Shown here: in pieces, positions 41,694 to 52,192 of the stretch | How the letters are laid out: the number at the start of each line of letters is the position of its first letter | Numbering within the stretch: position 1 is the stretch's first letter | The notes under the pieces: model-generated | Told to the model about the DNA's origin: nothing | The model's database searches: none | Seen by the model: only the letters and a program-made list of their open reading frames with translations | Translations under genes and position numbers: made by a program | Assembly: GCA_029240245.1 (NCBI GenBank) | Contig: JARBTJ010000001.1 | Coordinates: 63,273 to 127,272, forward strand | Direction of reading: 5' to 3' | Source of the DNA: Herbinix sp. | GTDB taxonomy: Bacteria; Bacillota; Clostridia; Lachnospirales; Lachnospiraceae | Length of the DNA stretch: 64,000 nt

Positions 41694-41960
41694 TCATTTC
41701 ATTTTTCGTAAAATACGTTGAATGCTTTTCTCAGATAAAAAATACTTAATTGATAAAGCTTGAACTTTATAGCCATTTTGAAAGTCAGTAAATATCTGAA
41801 TATTTCTTTTTTCCAACTCTTTCCGTATCAAAGTTTTATTACCCCATTCTTTTCTTTGATTTTCTTTCCTGGGAATATAAATATTTTCTCCATCCACATA
41901 TTTTTGTATTAACTCTATTATTTCCATTGGCAGAATCTCTTCTGCTTTTCTATAGCCCAT
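41694..41960 (-). CDS. CD3324-family small HTH (Mor-like) protein
   Basis: Y.KAEEILP.E.IELIQKYVDGENIYIPRK...WG...RN..I...YFLSEKSIQRI. Confidence 0.8.
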   Translation of the reverse strand: MGYRKAEEILPMEIIELIQKYVDGENIYIPRKENQRKEWGNKTLIRKELEKRNIQIFTDFQNGYKVQALSIKYFLSEKSIQRILRKMK

Positions 41961-42039
41961 AATTGCCTCCTAAATTTTTAATCCTTTAGGTTAGCAATAG
42001 CTATAACAAATTTCATATTAAAAATTGCAATAGCTAGTG

Positions 42040-42066
42040 CTATGCAAAAATAACTAATTTTCTCAT
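42040..42066 (-). CDS. Putative leader peptide MRKLVIFA
   Basis: Strong RBS AGGAGG; same length and ending as 41539-41565. Confidence 0.55.
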   Translation of the reverse strand: MRKLVIFA

Positions 42067-42323
42067 ATAATAGAATCCTCCTATAACAATATTCGAACAA
42101 TTGATAATGCTTTATTTTCCTTAATATCTTATCCATTATAATATCAAGGTAAATGCTCTTCACAATATTATACCAAAAATATCCACAATTTCATAGCATA
42201 AATCATTTTAGTCTTTGTCTCTTGTCTAATAAATCATATAAAGACATTTCGATTATTAAATTCTAACCGACTGCTTATCATCATCTAAAACAGCCCCAGA
42301 TTTTACAATCTGAGGCTACACAC

Positions 42324-42596
42324 TTATCTACGCAAATCCCTATCAGGCTTCCTAATATGCTTCTCCAACACCTCCACACTTCCCTGTATCTGATCCAGTG
42401 TTCCAACCCGATTTTCTGAACTAATTTCCCCTTTCAAATTTTCCACTCGATAAATTGCCTTTGTCTCTATATTCCGAAATGCCTCCAGCTTATAACTATA
42501 TCCATCCGGATCTTCCCGAAATACCGGAGCCACTTCTCCTTTACTTGTATTCCATCTCATTAATCGTGGGAACCAGCAGAAACCTTCCTGAACCAT
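42324..42596 (-). pseudogene. C-terminal fragment of a MobV relaxase
   Basis: Near-identical to the last 90 aa of 47251-48612. Confidence 0.9.
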
Positions 42597-43015
42597 TTAT
42601 ATGCCTGTATTGGATCTAGGATGATTAGCTTCGCCTTTGTCTCAATAATTGCTTGCTCCAATCGTTCATCACTCATGGTCAGTTCCTTTTCCGATTCATC
42701 AATCACTCGGATTTTGGAACAATCGGCTCCTGCCTGTTCCAATCGAGGCTTAATCGTATCTTCAAGCCCGTCCTCTGCTGTCTGATAGATTACTGACATT
42801 GGCTCATAAGGAATATCATCCGTACAGGGAAGTGCTAACCCATTACTAAGTAGTGCTGCTATCTTAAGTATTAAGGTTGTCTTTCCTTCCCCCGGATCTC
42901 CTTCAATTACGGTAATCTTTCCAAATGGAATATATGGATACCATAGCCAGCTGACTTCTTTGGATATCACATCCTCCATATGGATTAATTTTAATTCTGT
43001 CTTTGTTTCATTCAT
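42597..43015 (-). pseudogene. N-terminal fragment of an AAA/Rep ATPase joined to mob by deletion
   Basis: Near-identical to 49440-49835; ends at ILDPIQAY, then switches to mob DNA. Confidence 0.9.
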
Positions 43016-43235
43016 CGTTACTTCCTCCTGTTATCTGTCCAAATGTTCTGTTTGTCAGTAGCAGGAGCTAATGATATAATCATACTTGTGAGATAGATAA
43101 TCAGTAGCTCCGCTACAATTATCTTCTAGTCCTGACCCTGCACGGTGTCATTCATGATTAGCAATATCCATTTTTACTACGGTATTATTCTGCATTGCAG
43201 ATTTTACAAATAAATATACGAAAGGAATGGTGCGA

Positions 43236-44140
43236 ATGAAGTTACCAAATGGCTACGGAAGTGTAACAAAGCTTTCCGGAAAACGCCGCAATCCTTACGC
43301 TGTCAAAAAATCCGTTGGATGGCATTATGACAAAGCAAAGGATAAACAAGTAAGGGATTACATTATTATCGGGTATGCCCCAACCAAGGCGGAGGGACTA
43401 CAGATGCTTGCCGACTATAATAAGAATCCTTTTGATCTCAAAGCAGCAAAGATGACCTTTTCAGATGTTTACAAAGAATGGTCAAAGCGGAAATATGCAT
43501 CAGTATCAGAATCTAATGTAAAGGGCTATATTGCATCCTATAAGGCTTGTAGTTCACTTTACTACAAAGTATTTAAGGATTTGAAACTGGTTGACTTGCA
43601 GGAAGTCATTGATACCTGTGGAAAGAATTTTCCAACCTTAAAGAAAATAAAAGTCCTCTTTAATCAACTGTATGACTTTGCATTAAAAAACGATATTTGT
43701 AACAAGGATTATTCTTCTTTTGTAGATATTCTTCAATACAAAGATCGTAATCCAAACAAGTATGATCGCAATAAATTTGACAAAGAAGAGATTACTCGAA
43801 TCTGGGAACAGAAAGAGGACAAGTATTAGTTCTTCCCTTTTATCAGTCATGGTTTGATTCTTTACCTGACTGTGAATACCTGCTTCATACAGAAGACGGT
43901 AAGCACTTTAAGTACCGAAACTATTATGACTGCTACTTCCAACCATTGATGGAACAACTAAAGATTGATCGTACACCTCACTGTTGTAGACATACCTGTA
44001 TATCTATGTTAGCAGAAGTTGGTGTGGATCAGACGATTATCAAGAAGATTGTAGGGCACTCTGGAGCAATGACACTCACAGAGAAGGTTTATACTCACTT
44101 TGATATAAAGGAGCTAGTCGATGCGATTAATAGAATCTAA
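43236..44140 (+). pseudogene. Tyrosine integrase with an internal deletion removing the catalytic Arg region
   Basis: Colinear with 50979-52034 but jumps from EDKY to VLPFYQSWF with a frame change. Confidence 0.9.
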
Positions 44141-44349
44141 GTTACAATCGGTGCTATTCGCAGACTACAAAGCAGTCTTGCTCATTACGCGCTGTCGCGC
44201 TATAACATCCAGAAAATACATTTCGATTGGTGCAAGCACCAACTCAATGTATTTCCAGTCTGTTGCACCGCTTGTAGGAACACGAAAAAAGGACACTTTC
44301 CAATGAATTGCTTCACTGAAAAATGTCCTATAATTATTACTGTTATTTT

Positions 44350-44605
44350 TGTTGCACACCTGTTGCACACCTGTTGCACACCTGTGCAAACCTGTTGCAC
44401 ACGGAGTAATTTCCGATGCATTTGACAACATCCCACAACGTCTGTAACCCTTGTAAAATCGGGCTTTTCTTGATAAATGCGTTGACCGCGTTTTATCTCT
44501 TTGAGAACTGTTTGAGAACTGCAGAACCGCATGAATGCTGAATTCTTTGGTGGTAGTGTTAGTTACGTGTGTTTTACCCACGACGTTTCATAACGTCTCA
44601 GGACC
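44350..44605. repeat. att junction between two IMEs: five TGTTGCACACC-type repeats (44350-44402) / core 44493 / TGTTAGTTAC arm (44557)
   Basis: Read directly; TTATCTCTTTGAGAACTG matches rpsI CTATCTCTTTGAAAACTG. Confidence 0.88.
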
Positions 44606-44622
44606 TTTCTATTTGACTTAAA

Positions 44623-45666
44623 CTACAAATTTTTATCTTCAATTAAATCTTTCAATTCTTCCTTACTTGGTAAAACTGTCTGGTACTTACTTGCAAATAT
44701 CTGATTGTTATCTTTTGGCAATGTCATTTCTACAATTGCATCTTTTTTGTCTTTACATATTATGATCCCAATTGTAGGATTCTCTTCTTCTAATTTCACT
44801 TTACGATCATAATAATTTACATACATTTGCATCTGCCCCAAGTCTTGATGCTTCAACTGTCCAATTTTCAAATCAAATAACACAAAACTTCGTAGAATTC
44901 TATTATAGAATACCAGATCAACACGATAGTGTTCTTCTTCAAAAGTATATCTAACTTGTCTACCTACAAAGGTAAATCCACGTCCTAATTCCAGTAAAAA
45001 TTTTTGTAAATTGTCAATAATGCGATTTTCTAACTCTGTCTCCGAATATGTGACTAATTCCGGTAATCCTGTAAACTCTAATACATATGGATCTTTAAAA
45101 ATATCTTGTGGATTTTCAATAAGTTGCCCTTCCAAAGCCAATTTCATCACTTCATCCTTATCTCTACTCAAAACAAGACGTTCATACAACGAACTGCTAA
45201 CCTGCCTTACCAATTCACTTTTACTCCAGCCATTTCGATATGTCTCAATCTCATAAAAATGTCTCTCATCAACATCCGAAATACGCATTAGTACAAGATA
45301 ATGCGACCAGCTCAAATAAAATTTTCTACCTTCTATTGTTTTTGGCAATTTATCAGATTGGGGAAACGCTGTTTCCCCAATTGTATCTTTGGAAAAAACT
45401 TTGTAAAAACGACGCATAAGTTTCAAATTATCAAGAGAAAAACCTTAACCAAACTCTTCTGTTAATCGACTGGATAAAGTATGCAGTATATATTTACCAT
45501 ACTCAGCTCTTTCTTTACCATACTGCTCTTCTTCAACAATCATGCGTCCAGCTTCATAATAGGAATATACCATCGTCATGTTAACAGCAGTTACAAGATT
45601 TTTCTTTGCACTCTTGAATAAATCAACTACTTCACTTATGAATTTTTCATCTTTGATTTCGTCCAT
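44623..45666 (-). pseudogene. YhcG/DUF1016 PD-(D/E)XK nuclease-like gene with one in-frame TAA (45445-45447)
   Basis: LSWSHY, KDPYVLEF, LLELGRGFTFVGRQ, DLGQMQMYVNY; the two track ORFs are in frame. Confidence 0.85.
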
Positions 45667-45699
45667 ATAACTCCTTTCCAGCAGAATAACCACTTTCTC

Positions 45700-45939
45700 C
45701 TACAAATATTGATTTCGTTGCCTATATGCTTCATAAATCATAACTGTAGCAGCACATCCCAATTCTTCGCTGTATAGAAATGATTCAATCTCCTATTCAT
45801 TACGGATAGCTTCATTAATATTTCGCACCCCTTCGATAATAAACTCGTTATACTTGAACCGTTTATTTATATTTGTCTTAAGAACAACAAGTTTCTGAAA
45901 CACATTATTTCTCGCAATTATTTTCTCAGCATTTGTCAT
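45700..45939 (-). pseudogene. AviRb-like SpoU/TrmH rRNA methyltransferase remnant (central deletion plus internal TAG)
   Basis: Manual translation KIIARNNVFQKL..LKTNINKRFKYNEFIIEGVRNINEAI...GCAATVMIYEAYRQR resembles the AviRb N- and C-termini as recalled. Confidence 0.7.
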
Positions 45940-45959
45940 GCTATTTCCTCCAAAATCAA

Positions 45960-46661
45960 TCATATCAATTTATATATCTCAAATTTTCTTTTACCAATTA
46001 TGTTCTTTTCGCATCTTTTCCATTCGTTATTATTAACCTTTTCATGCTTATCCATTGAAATTGCTAGAACTGTACTCGGATTTGCTATTTTTGATAATTG
46101 TTTCATCATAACGTAAATTCCTGATTCATGTTCACCTTTCCAATCCACCAGATTACCATATGGCACATCGGTTATGATAATATCAATTTTTTTATCTATG
46201 TTCAGTGGTATCGTACAATCAGCCTCAAAAATATCAATATTAATTTCATGCTTAATAACGTCTTTGATTCTTTTTGCACTTTCCAATGCCTCACTATGAG
46301 ATGCCTTGCTATATAACTGCAACATTCCTTCTATTTCGTCTATTCGCTTTTTTAGTCCAGCTTGTGATAACAAATCGGTATTTTTCTTTGCATACTCTAT
46401 CATTCGCTTATCTATATCACTACCGAGAATGTCAGCAATCACTTCATTATTGCACAACCCCAATACGGTTAGTGAATATCCACCCCCGCAACAAGGATCA
46501 TAAACTGTCAAGTCACTTTTATTTTCACAATAATAAATGCACCTTCTAAAAATCTCATTTATAAGCCTTACAGGGAAATTAGGTATTCCACGATTTCCGT
46601 ATAAAACTCTTCCGCTTGAGTAATCTTCAAAATTATCATTCTCACAAAACTTATATTCCAC
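45960..46661 (-). CDS. AviRa-like 23S rRNA methyltransferase
   Basis: GRVLY...PNFPVRLINEIFRR...YDPCCGGGYSLTVLGL...SDID...KNTDLLS.AGL...ITDVPYG, colinear with Streptomyces AviRa as recalled. Confidence 0.8.
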   Translation of the reverse strand: MEYKFCENDNFEDYSSGRVLYGNRGIPNFPVRLINEIFRRCIYYCENKSDLTVYDPCCGGGYSLTVLGLCNNEVIADILGSDIDKRMIEYAKKNTDLLSQAGLKKRIDEIEGMLQLYSKASHSEALESAKRIKDVIKHEINIDIFEADCTIPLNIDKKIDIIITDVPYGNLVDWKGEHESGIYVMMKQLSKIANPSTVLAISMDKHEKVNNNEWKRCEKNIIGKRKFEIYKLI

Positions 46662-47118
46662 TTTTTAGCCATCCTCTGTCTATCATAATATTCTTTACTA
46701 TATCCGCATATTCTAAGTTGCACCATACAATAGTATAGTAGCTCGTTTTCCCCACTCTTTTTAAAGCACTATATCGGTGATTTCCATCCGTTAACACCAA
46801 ATCTATTCCATCAAATTGAGCAATAAGGGGCGGCATGTCCCAACCCTGTAACTTGTGCATAATTTTTTCCACTTTATAATTATAATACTTTAATTCATTC
46901 TCATCCAAAATATCTTTTTCAATTCGCACTGTTTTAATCTCACCGAGCGGAATACAAATAGGGCTAAAATATTTCCTATCCTCTAATAGCAATCCATCTG
47001 CTAAAGCAAAATTTGGATTTGGCATATCTCCAAACTCAGCACGCAAAAACATCTGAATCCATTCATCTAGTTTTCCATTTTGATAATATATAAGTGCCTC
47101 ACTAAGGGTAAACTCCAT
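46651..47118 (-). CDS. ParB/Sulfiredoxin N-terminal-like domain protein
   Basis: PPLIAQF....LTDGNHRYSALKRVG. Confidence 0.7.
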   Translation of the reverse strand: MEFTLSEALIYYQNGKLDEWIQMFLRAEFGDMPNPNFALADGLLLEDRKYFSPICIPLGEIKTVRIEKDILDENELKYYNYKVEKIMHKLQGWDMPPLIAQFDGIDLVLTDGNHRYSALKRVGKTSYYTIVWCNLEYADIVKNIMIDRGWLKSGI

Positions 47119-47250
47119 TATTCATCAAACCTCTTCATTCAGTCAAATTTTTCATACGTATTTAGTATATCAAACAATACCAATTACTTCTACATCATTT
47201 TGTTTTATAGTAAAAGTAGCCTCAGTTTTTTTATTCCAAGGCTACATACT

Positions 47251-48612
47251 TTACCTCCTTAAACCCCTATCAGTCTTCTTTATCTGCTTCTCCAGCACTT
47301 CTACACCTTCCTGTATCTGCTCCAACGTCCCAATTCGCTTCTCTGAACAAATCTCATCTTTCAAGTTTTCTGTACTGTAAATCGCCTTAGTCTCAATATT
47401 CCGAAACGCTTCCAGCTTGTAATTATATCCTCCAGGATCATCCCGAAATACTGGAGCCACTTCTCCTTTGCTTGTATTCCATCTCATCAGTCGAGGGAAC
47501 CAGCAGAAACCTTCCTGCACCATTTCCTTAAAGGATAATAACAATTGTCCCAGTGCTGATAGGAAACTCCGAAAAGAATTACCTGCTATAATGTTTTCTC
47601 CCCTTTCCACTGTATTTGCAAATTCCTCTATGTCAGGTTGTAGTGGTAAATATGACTGAATCATTTGCTTCACAACATCCAGTAATTCTAGAAAAGCACT
47701 CTTTTGCTTTAATTCTTCATCTGCAATTTCCAGTACCAGCCTCTTGCTTTCCAGTTGACTATCCAGTGTTTCAACCATTTTCTTTTTATCTGTCAGATCT
47801 GATTGAATTTCTTCATCCATTTCATCATACCGGAGTTTCAAATAGGTTAATTTCTGTCTGGCTGAATCTACAGAAGTTTCTAGCAATTGCTTTTTCGATT
47901 CCACTTTATGAAGATTTTGAAGCTCCTGCTGTACTTTGTACTCTGCTACCGATAAATCATGATTCCTGCCTTTTTTCTTATCCCCTAACATTTCATGGAT
48001 GTTAAATCGAAAACTGGATCTGGCTTCTTCCCGAAGCTTATCTTGTAGTACAACCGACAGGTTCGATGGTGTAAATACATTCCGCTTTGACACCTTCTTC
48101 GACAACCCTTTCTTTGTCCCACTCCATACCGGAACTCCTACTACATGCATATGTGGACTAGCTTCATCAAAATGAATTACGGCATTTGCAACCTTAAAAT
48201 CTGGTAAATACTCTTGTAATCTGGAAAGTACATATCGGTAAACATTGTACATTCTTTCTTTACTGTCTTCATGCTCTTCCCAGAATTGCTTGTCTCCACA
48301 TTGAAAAATAATTTCCACCGCCATATCTTGATCCAGTTTTGCAACATGTTCAAAATAATCGTTTATTCTTCTTTCTGGTCGCTTTTGCTTCTCGTTGTAT
48401 TCTCGGACGGCATCGTCAAATTCTTGTTGGTAAATATTTCTCACATTCTGATATAAATTCTCCGTTCCTTCTAGTAGTATAATATTTTCAGAACTGTAAC
48501 CATCAGATTTGTATTTACGAAGATTATGCTTTGCCACTCCTTGTAATTTACTCTTACTTGTAATTGCACTCTTACCATTGCTGATATGTGCTGAATAGGA
48601 AACACTACCCAT
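47251..48612 (-). CDS. MobV/Pre-family plasmid recombination relaxase
   Basis: KHNLR, N..L.G, AVIHFDEASPHMH, coiled-coil C-terminus. Confidence 0.9.
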   Translation of the reverse strand: MGSVSYSAHISNGKSAITSKSKLQGVAKHNLRKYKSDGYSSENIILLEGTENLYQNVRNIYQQEFDDAVREYNEKQKRPERRINDYFEHVAKLDQDMAVEIIFQCGDKQFWEEHEDSKERMYNVYRYVLSRLQEYLPDFKVANAVIHFDEASPHMHVVGVPVWSGTKKGLSKKVSKRNVFTPSNLSVVLQDKLREEARSSFRFNIHEMLGDKKKGRNHDLSVAEYKVQQELQNLHKVESKKQLLETSVDSARQKLTYLKLRYDEMDEEIQSDLTDKKKMVETLDSQLESKRLVLEIADEELKQKSAFLELLDVVKQMIQSYLPLQPDIEEFANTVERGENIIAGNSFRSFLSALGQLLLSFKEMVQEGFCWFPRLMRWNTSKGEVAPVFRDDPGGYNYKLEAFRNIETKAIYSTENLKDEICSEKRIGTLEQIQEGVEVLEKQIKKTDRGLRR

Positions 48613-48649
48613 AGATGTTCTCCTCCTTTATCTGTTGTTCCATCGGAGA

Positions 48650-48740
48650 AGTGCTTGTTATCATCTTAGCTTTGCCGAAGATGATAACCCCATAGCAGTT
48701 TTGGCAAACCAAAACGGCGGGGGCTCTCCGAGGGTTATAT
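48650..48740. other. Candidate oriT
   Basis: GTTATCATCTT-N10-AAGATGATAAC and GTTTTGG-caaa-CCAAAAC hairpins immediately upstream of mobV. Confidence 0.55.
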
Positions 48741-48837
48741 TTCTACCCGTAAGAGTTTAACAATCTGTTTCTATAGGTTTTCAAATTCTAAACTCTTTTC
48801 AAGAATTTAGAAGCTGCTTTTCCAAGAAGATAAATTG

Positions 48838-49835
48838 TTAAATTCTTTTCTCCGGCATAATCCATATCCAATATTGCTTACCGTCTGTCTGTTTTCTTTT
48901 ATCAGCAATAATTCCAAGTTTCTTCTTTGCTGCCAACAGCGTGTTTCTCTTAATACCTTGCTTAGCTGCTTCTTCCTCTATTAGCTTTGAAGAAACTTCC
49001 GTATAACTTTTGAAGTATTCCGTGATAAATGAAATTGCCACATCAAATTTTTTCTTTCCTCTTCCCTCCTGTCCACCAAGTAATTCATCAATTGTTATGT
49101 CATATGGACCAATACATTCAAATCCATTTGCTTCTGAAAATTCAAACCCGATGGAATCACCCGCCGGTGCAAGACTCGATTTATCCTGCTCCATAATTCT
49201 GATATTCGGTTTATCTTTAAGTCTTGCTACCAACAATACGCTTCTAGCTGTTGCCTGAATATCAATGGAACCAAGTCCTCTATACGTTGATTTTGTACCA
49301 GATGCTTTATTCATATGACCGATGAGAATAATTGCACATTGATATTTTTCAGCAATCATACCCAATCGCTTTAATACAGGTCTTATTTCATTTGCTCTAT
49401 GCATATCTACTGTCGCACCGATATACGCTTGTATTGGATCTAATATAATGAGGCCTTTGTTTCAATGATTGCCTGTTCCAACCGCTCATCGCTCATAGTA
49501 AGCTCTTTCTCCGATTCATCAATCACCCGAACTTTCGTACAATCAGCTCCTGCTTGCTCAAGTCTTGGTTTAATTGTATCTTCTAAGCCATCCTCTGCTG
49601 TCTGATAAATAACCGCCATTGGTTCATAAGGAATATCATCTGCACAAGGTAGTGGTAACCCTTTACTAAGAAGTGCTGCTATATTTAGTATTAGGGTTGT
49701 TTTCCCCTCACCCGGATCTCCTTCAATAATGGTTATCTTTCCAAATGGTATATATGGATACCACAACCAATTAACTTCTTTGGATACTACGTCTTCCATG
49801 TGTATTAGCTTTAATTCTGTTTTCTGCTCGTTCAT
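48838..49835 (-). pseudogene. AAA-family (RepA-helicase-like) ATPase, frameshifted near 49455
   Basis: GDPGEGKT, QTAEDG, LIGHMNK, YRGLGSID; a 4-bp deletion relative to the 42600 copy restores LIILDPIQAY (could be an assembly error). Confidence 0.8.
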
Positions 49836-49871
49836 TACTACTTCCTCCTGTTATCTGTTCAAATGTTCTGT

Positions 49872-49983
49872 TTGTCAGTAGCAGGAGCTTCTGATATAAT
49901 CATATTTGCGAGATAAGATAATCAGTAGCTCTGCTACAATTATCTTTAAGTCCTTTCCATTACTGGTTAGGACTTTTTCTTTG
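49872..49983 (+). ncRNA. Putative antisense (copy-control) RNA with its promoter, opposite the AAA/Rep leader
   Basis: TTGTCA-17-TATAAT (49872-49900), hairpin AGTCCT...AGGACT plus T-run at 49948-49983; promoter conserved at 43052-43080. Confidence 0.55.
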
Positions 49984-50021
49984 TGTTACCCATTGTCATC
50001 ACCTTCTTTCATTATTCACTT

Positions 50022-50273
50022 CTACACTGCCATTTCTACTGGTCTGAAATAGCCGGTCTCTTCCCACACCTTACGGTCTGGACAGTAATAGTTGAATTCA
50101 TTTGAATTTTCAAGTTTAAGTGCACATCCAAACTTTAGAATTCCTTGTTGTAACCCTACCCTTACATATTGAGCATCTTTCCCAATCGCCTTTGCTATTT
50201 CTGCAATCGGAACATTTCTTCCAGTAAATGGCGGGAGTTCAACTTGATAAAAAATCTCCGCCATAGGCTTCAC
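50022..50273 (-). CDS. Excisionase-like small DNA-binding protein
   Basis: NVPIAEIAKAIGKDAQYVRVGLQQG winged-HTH pattern; divergent from xre. Confidence 0.65.
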   Translation of the reverse strand: MKPMAEIFYQVELPPFTGRNVPIAEIAKAIGKDAQYVRVGLQQGILKFGCALKLENSNEFNYYCPDRKVWEETGYFRPVEMAV

Positions 50274-50470
50274 CTCCTATTTAGTTATTAGAGCATTTCT
50301 TGCTCTGTTCATATTTTGCATTATACAGACCTTTTAATGCTCTGTCAATAGATTATAATTTAATGTTTACTTTTCGTTTTTAGTATGTTATATTCTTTCT
50401 ATAGTGATAAACCAGAACGTACGTATCAATAATCGCTATATGCCCCAGTGTGGCGGAATGGAGGTTAAAT

Positions 50471-50902
50471 ATGACTACAGGTAAAAAGATTAAGTTAATT
50501 CGGACTTTTCGTGGATTAACACAGAAAGAGCTTGGAGACAAAGCAGGAATTCATGAAGTTGCTATTCGTAAATATGAATTAGGAAAGAACATACCTAAAC
50601 CAGACCAGTTACGCAAAATAGCAGATTCCCTCAATGTAAATGTCAATTCTTTGGCTGAATTTGATATTCAGGCAGATGGTGATGTATTACCTTTACTATT
50701 TGCTATTGATGAAGTATTTGATGTGAAACTAAAGGACTTGAATGGTGAACCGGGAATTTTCTTTGAGGACAAGAGCCTTATTCAGTTTTTAAAGGACTGG
50801 CAGGCAATGAAAGAATTATTAGATTCTGGAAGTCAGACAATGGATAATTATGATATCTGGAAGACAATCCGACCAAGCGTTACCAAAGTCATACATGAAT
50901 AA
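50471..50902 (+). CDS. Xre-family repressor
   Basis: GKKIKLIR..RGLTQKELG...IRKYELG...P; ATG 50471 with RBS GGAGG. Confidence 0.9.
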   Translation: MTTGKKIKLIRTFRGLTQKELGDKAGIHEVAIRKYELGKNIPKPDQLRKIADSLNVNVNSLAEFDIQADGDVLPLLFAIDEVFDVKLKDLNGEPGIFFEDKSLIQFLKDWQAMKELLDSGSQTMDNYDIWKTIRPSVTKVIHE

Positions 50903-50978
50903 TGAATGCAGTTTTTACTCCAGTAATACTCTGCATTGCAGATTTTACAAATAGATTTTATGAAAGGAATGATGTTTA

Positions 50979-52034
50979 TTGAAACTTCCTAACGGATTCG
51001 GTACAGTTTACAAACTATCCGGGAAGCGACGAAAGCCTTATATCGTCAAGAAGACTGTTGGCTGGCATTATGACAAGGAAAAGGACAAGCAAGTTCAGGA
51101 TTATATTACCATTGGATACGCCACCACCAGAGCAGAGGGTTTGCAGATGTTGGCAGATTATAATAATAATCCATACGACCTTGAAGCCTCCAAAATCTCT
51201 TTTGCTGAAGTATACGAAAAATGGTCAGCAGAAAAATATCCAACTGTATCCAAATCAAATGTACACGGATATATCGCCGCATATAATTTGTGTAATAGTT
51301 TGGATAATAAAATTTTCAAAGATATAAAACTTTTTGATTTACAGCATGTCGTAGATATCTGCGGCAAGAACTATCCTACAATGAGAAAGTTAAAGGTTTT
51401 ATTTAACCAGTTATATGATTATGCGTTAAAGAATGATATCTGTAACAAAAATTATTCAGAATTCGTAGACATAATCAGATACAAGGATCGCAATCCAAAT
51501 AAATACGAGCGAAAGAAGTTCTCGAAAGAGGAAACTATCCGTTTGTGGGAATTAAAAGATGATAAGTATTATCAAATTGTCCTAATGCTCATATACAATG
51601 GACTTCGAATTTTAGAATTTTTAGATTTGAAGAAAGAAAATGTTCATCTTGAAGAACAGTACTTCGATATTATTGACAGTAAAACAGAAAATGGTATCCG
51701 TAAGGTTCCAATTGCTGACAAAGTACTTCTCTTTTACAAAACATGGTTTGATTCTGCACCCAATAGCGAGTACCTGCTTCATACAGAGGATAACAAACAC
51801 TTTCTCTATCGCAATTACTACGACAGCTATTTTACACCTCTTATGCAGAACCTGGATATTGAAAAGACTCCACACTGTTGCCGACATACTTGTATATCCA
51901 TGCTTGCTGAGGCAGGAATCGACCAGACAATGATTAAGAAGATCGTCGGACATTCTGGTGCTATGACACTAACAGAAAAAGTCTATACCCACTTTGATGT
52001 ACAGGAACTAGTGAAGGCAATCAATAAAATTTAA
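50979..52034 (+). CDS. Tyrosine recombinase/integrase, apparently intact
   Basis: YNGLRI.E (R), SKTENG (K), HCCRH (HxxR), IVGH, VYTH (Y); N-terminal arm-binding-type domain. Confidence 0.95.
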   Translation: MKLPNGFGTVYKLSGKRRKPYIVKKTVGWHYDKEKDKQVQDYITIGYATTRAEGLQMLADYNNNPYDLEASKISFAEVYEKWSAEKYPTVSKSNVHGYIAAYNLCNSLDNKIFKDIKLFDLQHVVDICGKNYPTMRKLKVLFNQLYDYALKNDICNKNYSEFVDIIRYKDRNPNKYERKKFSKEETIRLWELKDDKYYQIVLMLIYNGLRILEFLDLKKENVHLEEQYFDIIDSKTENGIRKVPIADKVLLFYKTWFDSAPNSEYLLHTEDNKHFLYRNYYDSYFTPLMQNLDIEKTPHCCRHTCISMLAEAGIDQTMIKKIVGHSGAMTLTEKVYTHFDVQELVKAINKI

Positions 52035-52192
52035 TCCTACAACGCAAGTTCAGACAGTGGCACTTGAAAATCATTAAGGAGCGCAAACATGAATAATATC
52101 AGTATTCTAAAAGCTTTGTCATTCATAGAACACTATGACAACAAAAAAGGATGTCCTAGACACCAGATGGCATCTAAAACATCCTATATTTT

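Larger units (their letters stand above)
39725..44507. mobile_element. Deleted integrative mobilisable element (about 4.8 kb) with TGTTGCACAC arms
   Basis: Bounded by rpsI-type cores with matching arm repeats at both ends; broken int, AAA and mob genes. Confidence 0.8.

Noticed and set aside
41978-42163. 61-aa ORF upstream of CD3324
   Set aside because: No RBS; overlaps the promoter and the better-supported 8-codon leader in another frame
44121-44581. Track ORFs 44165-44581, 44200-44532 and 44121-44306
   Set aside because: They translate the att arm repeats (CATG/VQQVC runs); spurious
35925-52034. Classical integron (IntI/attC)
   Set aside because: Sites are not RYYYAAC...GTTRRRY hairpins, and the integrase has an arm-binding-type N-terminus rather than IntI features; the analogy is functional only
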